Source: Candidatus Latescibacterota bacterium (GTDB lineage: Bacteria > Latescibacterota > UBA2968 > GCA-2709665). From it: a stretch of 64,000 nucleotides of DNA. The stretch spans positions 2,368,001 through 2,432,000 of the forward strand of contig OZ241917.1 of assembly GCA_965203805.1 (NCBI GenBank), written 5' to 3'. Under the pieces are notes generated by a model. That model had not been told where the DNA came from and searched no databases. It saw nothing but the letters and a program-made list of their open reading frames with translations. Position numbers and translations under genes: made by a program. This document shows positions 40,219-49,885 of this stretch, piece by piece (position 1 is the stretch's first letter; each line of letters begins with the position of its first letter).

Positions 40219-40946
40219 CGAGGTACCAGTGTAATTCGGTCGTAGCCTGGGCCTAGGATTTTGGTACTTAGACTAAAGCCCTTGATTGGGTCTTTAACTT
40301 GTATCGGATGGCCGATATAGGTAAAAAACTCCCGTCCGACAATCGTACGTCGCTCGCCTTCAAAACTGAAGCGTACAGGTAGATTGAACACTTGGGGCGC
40401 ACGTATTGACTCAGTGAGAGGTAGCTCTAAGACGGATTTATCTGCTTCGTATGCTCCTGTAATATCCTGAGGCACTGCACAAAAATGGACCGATTCTATT
40501 GGTTCCCAATCTGCCTCCGATAATCCGACGGAGCACAAGACGAGCAGGCTATCGCTGTGACCAGCGGTAAGCGCATATACCGGGTCGTTGAACGCTTGGG
40601 CAATTCGCTGAGCAGTGGATTCTTCTTCAGCACAGTACCCTAGACCAATAGATAGATCGACAACATATTCCCTTAGTATAACATCTGAGATCACTTCCCC
40701 GGACTTCACTTTGCGGTACTTCCAGAGGTCCTTAAAGGTGCCGCGATCTCTACCCCCGACGCCAACGAGGATGTTATACTCCTCAACGAACTGTTGACTC
40801 TCCTCCATACCATACCCGAGTGCCGCCCCTAGCAATCCGATACAGCTTGTATAGGACGGAAGGGGTAGCGTTTTATGGAACGTATGTGTTTCAGGTAGGC
40901 GAAAAGAGGCGGTTTCCGCGAATGCCTGGATCAATACTAGATGCAT
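40215..40946 (-). CDS. cas5: Cas5 (type I-B)
   Basis: ASFRLP...TLPLPSYTSCIGLLGAALG, PVYALTAG. Confidence 0.92.
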   Translation of the reverse strand: MHLVLIQAFAETASFRLPETHTFHKTLPLPSYTSCIGLLGAALGYGMEESQQFVEEYNILVGVGGRDRGTFKDLWKYRKVKSGEVISDVILREYVVDLSIGLGYCAEEESTAQRIAQAFNDPVYALTAGHSDSLLVLCSVGLSEADWEPIESVHFCAVPQDITGAYEADKSVLELPLTESIRAPQVFNLPVRFSFEGERRTIVGREFFTYIGHPIQVKDPIKGFSLSTKILGPGYDRITLVPR

Positions 40947-40949
40947 GCC

Positions 40950-41873
40950 TTACACTCCGTTTTGCCGATAACAATCTCTCACCCAACACTTCAGCTGTAC
41001 GAATGCCTCACCGATGGTACAGGCTCTTTCGGGTACACCATCAAATAAACCTGAACGCACCCCAATTACAGAATCGATCACTACAGCCTCATGGTCTTTT
41101 AGCACTTCTTCTAAGACCAACCCGTTAAGCGTTTGTCCTTTGACTTGGACGGATTCCAAAAAGATCGGTGCTTTGACTGAAGTAAGGGCAGCAGCAACGA
41201 ACTTGGGTGTCAAATCTGCCAAGAATCGACTTTGCCGCCCGGTGCTCCACAGATTCTGCAGAGCTTCTAGCAACGCAGTAATGCGCTCTATCTTAAGAGA
41301 GGTTTTCAATTCTCTTTCAAAACCGTCACCTGCCCCTACACGATCAAGTTCGACGAGAATGGTGCCCCGATAGAGACCGCCGTGAATTTCCGTTTCGTAG
41401 ATATTGGGATCGCCACCCGCTTTGACACTCATGTAGTTGGTGCCGAAATCTAAGTCTCCTTGGTAAGGCTGTATGGCGACGAGTGGCGAAACTCGCACGG
41501 GGGAAGTTCGTTTGTCGGTCTTTCCTCTTGCTCCCTGACTCTCCCCCGCTTGGGCATTCATGTAGCCGAATAGATCATCATCAATATATGAGACTGGATC
41601 GCATTCCGTTGTCGCTGCTCCCTTTTTGGCCGCAGCCACAACGCCCTCGGACAACTCGTGGCCCATCGTGTCCAACTGATCACGCAATGCCCTGCGTAGC
41701 GCCTGTGAGGAGACATAGGGATATTCCCTGATGCCTTCGTTTGTTTCCCTGGTGAGCTTTTTGATACTTGATATATTATCCGCTTCCTTATCACTCCCGT
41801 TGAGGCTGGCGAATGAAACGGGCGTTAGGTAGGTTACAGTTAAGGCTTTCGCTTGAGTATGATCTTTGCTCAT
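40950..41873 (-). CDS. cas7: Cas7 (Cst2/DevR type, I-B)
   Basis: YVSSQALRRALR, DDDLFGYM, RTSPVRVS, IYETEIH. Confidence 0.93.
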   Translation of the reverse strand: MSKDHTQAKALTVTYLTPVSFASLNGSDKEADNISSIKKLTRETNEGIREYPYVSSQALRRALRDQLDTMGHELSEGVVAAAKKGAATTECDPVSYIDDDLFGYMNAQAGESQGARGKTDKRTSPVRVSPLVAIQPYQGDLDFGTNYMSVKAGGDPNIYETEIHGGLYRGTILVELDRVGAGDGFERELKTSLKIERITALLEALQNLWSTGRQSRFLADLTPKFVAAALTSVKAPIFLESVQVKGQTLNGLVLEEVLKDHEAVVIDSVIGVRSGLFDGVPERACTIGEAFVQLKCWVRDCYRQNGV

Positions 41874-42172
41874 TGCTTCTCTCCTTTCTTGTCGTTTGAG
41901 GCAGTACCAGCGTTGAAAGAATTGAGAGCCGCCAACATGCAGAAACCGCGAAACTCTTCGAAGTTAGTTTGATTTAGTTGACCTTCGTACGTGGCTGGGG
42001 GTACGGCAATTTTCCACTTAAACTGAAGTCGGTTGAGTTCGCTGAGAAAATCTGGAACCGTTCGACACTTTCTCAGTGCGAACAGACTTCCCTTTTTGCC
42101 GCCTTCCTTGGCGATGACCGAGCCAATGCGTCTCCCAAGAGTTACGGCTGCTTCACGCGCGTGTGTTTCCAT
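41870..42172 (-). CDS. cas11: Cas11 small subunit from internal translation start in cas8 (100 aa)
   Basis: In-frame ATG preceded by AAAGGAGGAAGT; helical METHAREAAVTLGRRIG... domain. Confidence 0.7.
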   Translation of the reverse strand: METHAREAAVTLGRRIGSVIAKEGGKKGSLFALRKCRTVPDFLSELNRLQFKWKIAVPPATYEGQLNQTNFEEFRGFCMLAALNSFNAGTASNDKKGEKQ

Positions 42173-43597
42173 ACTTCCTCCTTTCTTCCGCAGGACATCC
42201 TCGTAGTGAATGACGAAATCGAAAAGTGGTGCAAAGTACTGCCGTCCTTGTCGGTTTACGTGATAGGCGAATGCTTCTGCTTGGCGTAAGATGGATTGTT
42301 TACGCAGTACCGACCCAAGCACACGATCCCGTTCTAGAGAGCGGTTTTCATTTCGTTGCGCTGTGAAGTCGATCATTGAATGTGCGATGTCTTTCCAAGC
42401 TACTCCTTGTATTTCGGCTCCTCCTGGCTTTTCGATATGTTGGAATAGACGGAACAGATAGACCACATCGTCAAAGAGCCAGACCTGTGTGGGCATCTGG
42501 GTATTTCCCTTCTGTTCGGCTGAGATTAAAGCGAAGGAAAGAGGTGCATCGCTCCACACCACATCCAAAAACTCGCTATAGCCATCGTCTTCGATGGCAT
42601 CTCTTCGATTCCGGGTTAGGTGCGTGTAAACGCGGTGCATAAAAGAAAACCCTACTTCCCGGGGATGGGTGAAATATCCTCCTATCTGCGACTCAAAGTT
42701 GCGCCAAAAATTGGGTTCCCACTCAACTATGCTTCTCAGGCTGTCATAGACTTGATCCATTTTGAGCAAGTCGGGTGCGAAAGGGAGAAACATATGCAAG
42801 CGGTTGCCCGCTTGGCTGAAAAATCCGTTGACTGGAACGAACTTGCCGACATAAGCGCATCTCCAGCATACTTGGGCTACTTCGCGAGTTAAATTAAAAA
42901 AAGACTTAACACCAGAATCGCCAGTTATGAAAGGAAAAATCGTCTGGTTGACCTTTTCCATCGACGAAGAGTATTGACCACAGAGAAAACAGGGAGCAGC
43001 TTTTAGTTTTCCTCCTTTAACATTAATATTCACTTTAGGTCGCACTCTATTGGGTTCGTCCAACAGCATGCCTGCAGGAGGTCCGGCCTTGAGTTTTTGC
43101 TGTTCCAAGAATCCATCCAATCTCTCTTGCAGATGGGCATATGATTTGGGTAACAGGCCAGGCTGTTTTTTGTCGTTCCAACGGACTTGGCCACCGGCTG
43201 GTCGGGGAGCCTTGTCAAAAATGAAAGCGGCAATGCCTCGTGCTTTTCGCTTGGGAAATGTTTCAAACTGATCTTCTGTGGAATCGTAATAGAAATTCCA
43301 AGAAGATTTATCATCTCTTTGCTTCTGCGTAGAGACATCATAATAACGCTTTACTAAGCGGCCGTATGCCCTTTCCAAGACTGCCTCAACATCCTTCGCC
43401 TCACCGCCGATTTTCAGACCATCCTTTTCTAAACTTACGCAAACCGGGTATTCCTCACCGAGGTGGTCGTAAGACTCCTTATCACCGCGCTGTGGGTCGG
43501 CGTGGACATTCCCAACTATGCAGCGATATATACCCAACACCCCTGAGTCGTTCCAGAAATTGTTGATTCTGGGAAAGGATATCTGGACTTCGCTCAT
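41870..43597 (-). CDS. cas8: Cas8 large subunit (Cst1/Cas8a1/Cas8b-like, CxxC-CxxC)
   Basis: Position between cas6 and cas7; FWNDSG, CFLCG, FPF, CWRC. Confidence 0.8.
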   Translation of the reverse strand: MSEVQISFPRINNFWNDSGVLGIYRCIVGNVHADPQRGDKESYDHLGEEYPVCVSLEKDGLKIGGEAKDVEAVLERAYGRLVKRYYDVSTQKQRDDKSSWNFYYDSTEDQFETFPKRKARGIAAFIFDKAPRPAGGQVRWNDKKQPGLLPKSYAHLQERLDGFLEQQKLKAGPPAGMLLDEPNRVRPKVNINVKGGKLKAAPCFLCGQYSSSMEKVNQTIFPFITGDSGVKSFFNLTREVAQVCWRCAYVGKFVPVNGFFSQAGNRLHMFLPFAPDLLKMDQVYDSLRSIVEWEPNFWRNFESQIGGYFTHPREVGFSFMHRVYTHLTRNRRDAIEDDGYSEFLDVVWSDAPLSFALISAEQKGNTQMPTQVWLFDDVVYLFRLFQHIEKPGGAEIQGVAWKDIAHSMIDFTAQRNENRSLERDRVLGSVLRKQSILRQAEAFAYHVNRQGRQYFAPLFDFVIHYEDVLRKKGGSMETHAREAAVTLGRRIGSVIAKEGGKKGSLFALRKCRTVPDFLSELNRLQFKWKIAVPPATYEGQLNQTNFEEFRGFCMLAALNSFNAGTASNDKKGEKQ

Positions 43598-43600
43598 CGC

Positions 43601-44275
43601 CTACTCCTCAACTCTTTGAATGGTGCCAAATCCACGAGCACTCTGTTTGCCAACACCCCACCAGTTGGGCAATGCGAAATTGACGTTGAAAGTACCTGAG
43701 ATGCCTAGCAATTCGACGCCATTCTTTATCTCGATCTGCTGCGTACCATCTATTCGCATTGAAGAGACGATCCTTTCTTCTACCGATAAACCGATTGATT
43801 TACATAAAGACAAGATATTTCCAACTAAAATTCTACTGAGGATGTTCTCTCGCCCAGTATTGCTCTTCGTACTGATAAAGCGTTTGTAGTTGAGCTCATT
43901 GAGGGCTAGCCAAGGCGTGATGAATCGATATGCCAGACGTTTTTTCGTCGAGCCTATTGGGACTTGACCAGTCGCTCTTTTACTATCGAGAACTTCGATG
44001 CGTTCTCTATCTATATCTATGGCGTCCGGCAAATCGACAGCCTGTAACAAGAACGCTCCCTTCTCCAGTCCCATGATTCTCCCTGTACCACTTATAGTTT
44101 TGTATTGGATTAAAGGGTGCTGGTAGATCAGACCCATATTTCCGTGGTGGTGAAATTCCGCGCGATTGCGGTATAGGTTACCGAAGAAACCACGTAATTT
44201 ACGTGTTTCATTCTTTCGCAATGGTCTCATGCAGTAGAGCGTAATGGCGGTCAAATCGCATATAGTTTTGCTCAC
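43601..44275 (-). CDS. cas6: Cas6 endoribonuclease (Cas6b-like)
   Basis: LRGFFG...HHH...PLIQYK, TPWLALN, C-terminal G-loop GVGKQSARGFG. Confidence 0.93.
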   Translation of the reverse strand: MSKTICDLTAITLYCMRPLRKNETRKLRGFFGNLYRNRAEFHHHGNMGLIYQHPLIQYKTISGTGRIMGLEKGAFLLQAVDLPDAIDIDRERIEVLDSKRATGQVPIGSTKKRLAYRFITPWLALNELNYKRFISTKSNTGRENILSRILVGNILSLCKSIGLSVEERIVSSMRIDGTQQIEIKNGVELLGISGTFNVNFALPNWWGVGKQSARGFGTIQRVEE

Positions 44276-44444
44276 AATGTATATCCTCGTTTTTGTGGAT
44301 GACAGTTACTTAACGGAAAACATGTGAATGGCGTTAAACACAGCTGCTGGCTGAATTAGCAAACCCGGAACCCGAATTGGAACCTCGAAAACATCTCGCT
44401 TCCTAAACGACATCGATTGTCTCACCATTAGGAAAAGGTGACAT

Positions 44445-44540
44445 TCTTAAATATCTGTTTTAATGGAGGTTGTAGGCTAATTTCTAGTTTGCAAGCAAAC
44501 CATATTTCAACTCTTGTTTTGATAGGGTTAAATTGCCGCT
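44445..44540 (-). other. Two highly degenerate CRISPR-repeat-like sequences (44445-44481, 44504-44540) flanking 22 nt, upstream of cas6
   Basis: Each 20/37 identical to the array repeat without gaps; the second is 17/22 over the handle-proximal part. Confidence 0.45.
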
Positions 44541-44676
44541 GACGTCCACGAGGCATATGGAAAAGCGTTGCTTCTTTCTCCTGGGTTGGCTAAACTCTCT
44601 TCAGCGACCAGAATGGGCCGGTGCCAACCGACCCAGGACAATGTCCCTGGCCGCTATTTTTTGTACACCATACTTC
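44536..44676 (-). repeat. Structured ~140-bp element, copy 1 (copy 2 at 46805-46945)
   Basis: Near-identical direct repeat with several inverted repeats. Confidence 0.85.
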
Positions 44677-44780
44677 GACAAACATCCCCCACCTGCTGGT
44701 GACCAGGAACGGGGCGCGGGAGGAGTGCGTTCGGGAACTTCCTATCCACAGCTCTAGCCCTGGCGTGTTTACCCTGAACA

Positions 44781-45338
44781 TCATCCGATCCGCGCCAATG
44801 CGGTCGTCAGCGCCTCAGCGAGCATTTCGGTCTTGTACTCCCAACTCCGGCGTGCGCTTGGACTGATACACTCGATGGCCTTTACGCCAGCGCGCCTGCA
44901 AGCACCTGCTGCGACCGATCCGAGTGCGATCACCGTTCGGCCTTCGACTTCATGCCGGGTGATTCTGTCGAAGGACTCGTCGACATGCCGTCGCGGGAAC
45001 GGTGGTCCCTCCTTGTTCGGCAACAGATGAAACGCTTGCGTTACATAGATGTCCGCACGGGTGAGAATCGCGCGATCCAGGGCCAGCGTCAGCACTTTGT
45101 TGAAGGGCATACTCGGCAGCCAACCCTGCTCCTTCAGCACGTCTCGATGCACGCGGACCGACGGTGCGTCGAGCCAATAGTGGGCCACAAGCACCGGACC
45201 CGTCTCGGAGTTCGACACCATCTCGCAGGGTGTAACCCACTCGCCGTCGAACCCGACATCAGAGAGCGTCTTGTACTTGTGCTTGTATCCTGAAATTACG
45301 AACTCTCGGCGGCGGGCGATAATTTCCGATCTCTTCAT
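44781..45338 (-). CDS. Uracil-DNA glycosylase-like superfamily protein (divergent)
   Basis: IYVTQAFHLLP, HEVEGRTVIALGSVA, ISPSAR (in the HPS position). Confidence 0.5.
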   Translation of the reverse strand: MKRSEIIARRREFVISGYKHKYKTLSDVGFDGEWVTPCEMVSNSETGPVLVAHYWLDAPSVRVHRDVLKEQGWLPSMPFNKVLTLALDRAILTRADIYVTQAFHLLPNKEGPPFPRRHVDESFDRITRHEVEGRTVIALGSVAAGACRRAGVKAIECISPSARRSWEYKTEMLAEALTTALARIG

Positions 45339-45419
45339 TCTATCCTCTTGATTGAGTCATGTGAACCTGAAGGCCTGAACGCGAAAACGGGCCGGGTGGA
45401 ACCGCCGGTATTGCGGCGG

Positions 45420-46052
45420 CTAACGTCGCGACGGATTGGTTTTCTCAACAGCATTCCTGGCGGCGTGGCTGGCCTCACCGACGGCATCCCTAACCGCGCG
45501 TCTGGCTGCCCTTTCGGCTTCGTAGGCGGCTTCCCGTGTCTTGCTGGCGTCGTCATACGTTTTCAGGGTGGCCCGATAGTTCTCCCAGGCTGCGATGTTT
45601 CTCTCCCGGCCCGTTTCGTATATCGCTCTGGCAGCCTTCGCGGCGGCATTTCTGGCGGCGATTTCCGCCTCGAATGCGGCATCGTATTTCATCCTGGCAG
45701 CTTTGAATATCTGCAGGGCGAACTCATAGTTCTCCCCGGCCGCCGCAACACGCCGCTCCCGATCGGCTTCGTAAATCAGGCGAGCGTCCCTATAAATCAC
45801 CCAGGCGTTTCCGTATACCTCCCTGGCGTCACTTCGGACCCGGCGCCGGGAGAAAGGCGACCTCCGTTTTTCAAACAACGTCGCATTTCCGCCTCTGTTG
45901 GCAGCAAGGTGTTCATACAGGGCGACAGTCCATGCGATTTCCCAGGCGTCGCGTTCGGCTCCTGCCGCTTCCGGCGCTTCGTTTTCGAATGGGGTCGCGT
46001 TGATTGCAAGCATGGTGACGGCTAACACGACGTATCGGGCTGTGCGCATCAT
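45420..46052 (-). CDS. Hypothetical secreted Ala/Arg/Glu-rich coiled-coil protein
   Basis: AGGAG RBS, signal-like N-terminus, repeated A..IYE..RER..AA.ENY units. Confidence 0.6.
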   Translation of the reverse strand: MMRTARYVVLAVTMLAINATPFENEAPEAAGAERDAWEIAWTVALYEHLAANRGGNATLFEKRRSPFSRRRVRSDAREVYGNAWVIYRDARLIYEADRERRVAAAGENYEFALQIFKAARMKYDAAFEAEIAARNAAAKAARAIYETGRERNIAAWENYRATLKTYDDASKTREAAYEAERAARRAVRDAVGEASHAARNAVEKTNPSRR

Positions 46053-46804
46053 GTTCTTTTCTCCTGGCTGTCGTCTTGTGGCGTGTTTTCCGGACAAGAG
46101 TTGCACCCGGTGCGATTTTTGGGCACGGGTAATGCTCAGGTACGGAACCCACATCGACGGTAGATAAAATCGAGTGCGTATGTGCTGCTCGGGAAGTAGT
46201 CTGGAATTGTGACTTCAACAAAAGCTGATTTATCTTCAGTCCGAGTTCGCCGTCCACGTGTTGAGAAGCCCGTTGCGATATAGCAGCGGCGATAAACCTC
46301 CACTGTTTACTGATCCTGGTAGTACATCGCGCCCATCGGGCCTATCCTCTCGTATGGGTTCCGTCGCCCCCATGTGCATATTATAGTGAAACTTTGTGCA
46401 GCATGCAAGGGATTGTCGCGCTACGTTGGTCAAGGTACAGCCATCAGCAGTTGGCTTGAAAAAAGTGAAATCCACTAAGCCCACATGCCGACGGAAATCC
46501 GAAGTGAAACCGGATAATGACATAGACGTCGAGGGCAGGCGCCCTCGTTCCCAGGTGTCGCAAGATTCGACAGTTGGAGAATGGCGCGCGTGCGAAATGT
46601 CGCAAAATGCGACAACGGTGTCATAGCACGGCCGCTCGCATCGACCGTTTCTCGAGCCGGCGTCGGTCCCGCCATACACGCTTCCCGCCGCGAACATGCC
46701 GGTCGCGACCTCACGCCTGAGGTCTTCCGGCGCGAGGACTCGGCATTGCCCTATCTGCCGATCCACGGTTTCATTTCCAGCGAGTGCTTCACGCTGAGCC
46801 GCAT

Positions 46805-47160
46805 CCGCTGACGTCCACGAGGCATATGGAAAAGCGTTGCTTTTTTCTCCCGGGTTGGCTAAACTCTCTTCAGCGACCAGAATGGGCCGGTGCCAACCGA
46901 CCCGGGACAATGTCCCTGGCCGCTATTTTTTGTACACCATGCTTCCACGAATTTTCCTTTCCTACGGGCGACCGGCACCGGACCGGTCTCGGAGTTCGAC
47001 ACCATCTCGCAGGGTGTAACCCACTCGCCGTCGAACCCGACATCAGAGAGCGTCTTGTACTTGTGCTCGTATCCTCGCGCCCATCAGGCCTATCCTCTCG
47101 GATGGGTTCCATCGCCCCTATACGCACATTATAGTGAAACTTTGTGCAGCATGCAAGGGA
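46805..47160. repeat. Mosaic internally deleted copy of the 44536-46411 region
   Basis: 46805-46945 matches 44536-44676; ~46974-47075 matches ~45191-45291; ~47075-47160 matches ~46328-46411. Confidence 0.85.
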
Positions 47161-47457
47161 CTGCCGCACTTTGAGACGGGAACGAGTGGCCGCTGATCAG
47201 TGGTCAGAAAGGACCCAATCCGTTGGCAACAGTGCGACAATGTTGCGAGCTTCTCAAGGGCGGACGCCGCCTGCGGATTGTGTTCGTCGCTGTGCGCGGA
47301 GAGAAGGCGCGCGGCCTGACACGGGAGGTGAGTGAGCGCAACCGTGCCGCCTGTTCGGATCGGGACACGTATAAATCATGCGCGTGTGAATCGATGCCGC
47401 AGCAGATCCTTCGTCAGCCTGCCTGCCGATGATTCTCCGGCAGGCAAGGCGGCTTCC

Positions 47458-47673
47458 TCAGGATGACAGCGGGGATGGAGCGTAATTCAGGACGGATTTA
47501 CCGTCAGCACGTACGTATTCGCGGCTGCCTCTCGGAGTAAGCCCGATCGCATCGAGATACGCCCGTGGCACAAGCGAATCGTACGCACCGGTATCGACGA
47601 GGAATTTCCCTGTCCAGCTGCGACCCGGATCCGCGGGATTGCGAATGGTGACGTCAACGTACGTCGCGCCCAT
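47458..47673 (-). pseudogene. Truncated clan AA aspartyl protease (retropepsin-like)
   Basis: FLVDTGA motif, ADG, ends at 71 aa. Confidence 0.65.
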
Positions 47674-47737
47674 TGGCCGTTCTCCGTGTTCGTTGGTTAA
47701 CCGGATGTCGCAAATTGCAACAGCGGCGCGAGTTGCG

Positions 47738-48055
47738 TCAGTCGATCCGGACCGCGGTGCCGCTGACCGAGACCATCAGCATGCTGCCTTCACCGACGAC
47801 TTCGTAGTCCAGGTCGATGCCGACAACGGCGTTGGCGCCCTCCTGGCGGGCGGCTTCCTGCATTTCACTGAACGCGATCTCGCGGGCCTGCTTCAGTTCC
47901 TTCTCGTACGCCGCGGAACGCCCGCCCACGATGTCGCGAATGCCGGCGAAGAAATCCTTGAAGATGTTGGCGCCGAGAATCGCCTCGCCGGTGACGATGC
48001 CTTTGTACTCACGAATCGTCTTGCCTTCAATTCCGGGTGTGGTGGTCACAATCAT
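47738..48055 (-). CDS. YbjQ/UPF0145 family protein
   Basis: [30 protein letters not shown]. Confidence 0.93.
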   Translation of the reverse strand: MIVTTTPGIEGKTIREYKGIVTGEAILGANIFKDFFAGIRDIVGGRSAAYEKELKQAREIAFSEMQEAARQEGANAVVGIDLDYEVVGEGSMLMVSVSGTAVRID

Positions 48056-48140
48056 CAGTAAGCCTCCCTCAGATTCAATGGACGGTTGACGGTCGGCGTC
48101 CGTTCGGCCGACCGACGGCCCGGACCCGCCCGCGCATGGT

Positions 48141-49004
48141 CTATTTGTAGCTGTTGTAGACGATCGCCAGCCAGCGGTCGGTGCTCATCCAGCCCTGGCC
48201 CCACGAACGCCACTTCTCCGGCACCCCGGCGGCCTGGATTTCCTCGAGGGTCCTGCCGGCGGCGATGGCTTCCTTCACGAGGGCTGCGCACGTTTCCAGC
48301 ATCTCAAGCGCCGTTCTCAGATCGTCAGGACCCGCGAGCGGGCCGTGGCCGGGGATTATACGCGCATCCGGAGGGATCTGTTTCAGAAGAGACCGGACCG
48401 CCTCGATATAGCCTCCGACGTTTCCGCCGCCCCGGAGGTCCACGTAAGGAAAACTGCCGTTGAAAAAAAGGTCGCCGGCGTGGACGACGTTCGATCCGGT
48501 AAAGAACACAACGCCGTCGCCGTCGGTGTGGGCCTTCGGAAAATGCACGACGCGCAGTTCCTCGCCGTTGAAGTGAATCGACAGACCTTCGTCGAAGGTG
48601 ATTTCCGGCAGGGCGGCTTCAGGCAGCGGCCTGTCGTCGACACGCCTGGCTGCAAGGCGGTTTCGCACGTTCCGGTGAGCGACGATGACGCCCTTCTCTC
48701 CGAAATGAGCATTCCCGCCGGTGTGGTCGCCATGGTAGTGCGTATTCAAGACGAAAGTGGGATCGCCGCCCCCCAATTCGCCGATAGCGGCGCGGATCTT
48801 GCCGGCCAGCGGCGCGAACTGATCGTCGACGATCAGGACGCCGTCCGCGCCCACGGACACGCCGATGTTTCCGCCGCTCCCCTCAAGCATGTAGACGCGG
48901 TCGGCGAGCCGGGTGGCCCTGATCTCGACCGCGGAAAAATCCCTCTGCGCGAATGCCGTGCCGGATACGGCCAGCGACAAAGCAATGGTCATCCATCCGG
49001 TCAT
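48141..49004 (-). CDS. Secreted MBL-fold metallo-hydrolase (cyclase-like)
   Basis: [23 protein letters not shown]. Confidence 0.9.
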   Translation of the reverse strand: MTGWMTIALSLAVSGTAFAQRDFSAVEIRATRLADRVYMLEGSGGNIGVSVGADGVLIVDDQFAPLAGKIRAAIGELGGGDPTFVLNTHYHGDHTGGNAHFGEKGVIVAHRNVRNRLAARRVDDRPLPEAALPEITFDEGLSIHFNGEELRVVHFPKAHTDGDGVVFFTGSNVVHAGDLFFNGSFPYVDLRGGGNVGGYIEAVRSLLKQIPPDARIIPGHGPLAGPDDLRTALEMLETCAALVKEAIAAGRTLEEIQAAGVPEKWRSWGQGWMSTDRWLAIVYNSYK

Positions 49005-49042
49005 TGTGAAAACCCTCCTAAAGGCGGGGAGACGTTAAATTG

Positions 49043-49077
49043 GAAAAGGCCCGGGAGCCGACCTCCCGGGCCTTTTC
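49043..49077. terminator. Intrinsic terminator (bidirectional form)
   Basis: GAAAAGGCCCGGGAG-ccgac-CTCCCGGGCCTTTTC. Confidence 0.8.
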
Positions 49078-49095
49078 ATTGTCTCGCGAACCGCG

Positions 49096-49824
49096 CTATG
49101 CCGTTCGTCCGTCGATGGTGCCCACCTCGATCTTCAATTCTTCCCGCTTGACGACACGGTCGACGCGCCCGTCGCGCACCCATACCACCCGATCGGAAAC
49201 GCTCAGCATCTTGTGGTCGTGCGTCGCTGACACGACGGTGACGCCGGACTCCTTGTTCATCTCCCGCAGCAGTTCGATAATCTCCGTACCGGTGCGCAGA
49301 TCCAGGTTTCCGGTGGGTTCGTCGGCGAGAATCAGGGCCGGATCGTTTGCGAACGCCCGGGCAACCGCCACGCGCTGCTGCTGCCCGCCGGAAAGCTCGA
49401 ACGGCTTATGCGACACCCGGTCGCCCAATCCCACCTTTTTCAGCAGTTCGACCCCCTTGTCCCTGGCCTCGTCGCTGGTCAGCCCGGCAAATACCATGGG
49501 AAGCGTCACGTTTTCCAGCGCCGTCATCACCGGAATCAGATTGAACGTCTGGAAAATATACCCGATCTTCCGGCAACGCAGCCACGCCAGTTCATAGGCA
49601 TCGAGCTGCGCAACGTCCACGTCGTCGATGTACACCTTCCCGTCGCTGGGTTTGTCCAGCCCGCCGACCATGTTGAACAGGGTGGTCTTTCCGGAGCCCG
49701 AAGGTCCCATAATGGAGATGTACTCACCCTGTTCAATCTCGATATCCACTCCCTTGAGCGCGGACACCCGCACGTCGCCCATCTCATAGACCTTCTTCAC
49801 ATCCTGTGTTCTTACGACGGCCAT
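49096..49824 (-). CDS. ABC transporter ATP-binding protein (LolD/MacB-like)
   Basis: GPSGSGKT, LSGGQQQRVA, ILADEPTGNLD. Confidence 0.95.
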   Translation of the reverse strand: MAVVRTQDVKKVYEMGDVRVSALKGVDIEIEQGEYISIMGPSGSGKTTLFNMVGGLDKPSDGKVYIDDVDVAQLDAYELAWLRCRKIGYIFQTFNLIPVMTALENVTLPMVFAGLTSDEARDKGVELLKKVGLGDRVSHKPFELSGGQQQRVAVARAFANDPALILADEPTGNLDLRTGTEIIELLREMNKESGVTVVSATHDHKMLSVSDRVVWVRDGRVDRVVKREELKIEVGTIDGRTA

Positions 49825-49885
49825 CGTCGCCCTCCAGACAAGCAAGTGAAATTCGGTTGGGGAGTCCTCGCGACAGCACGGGCTG

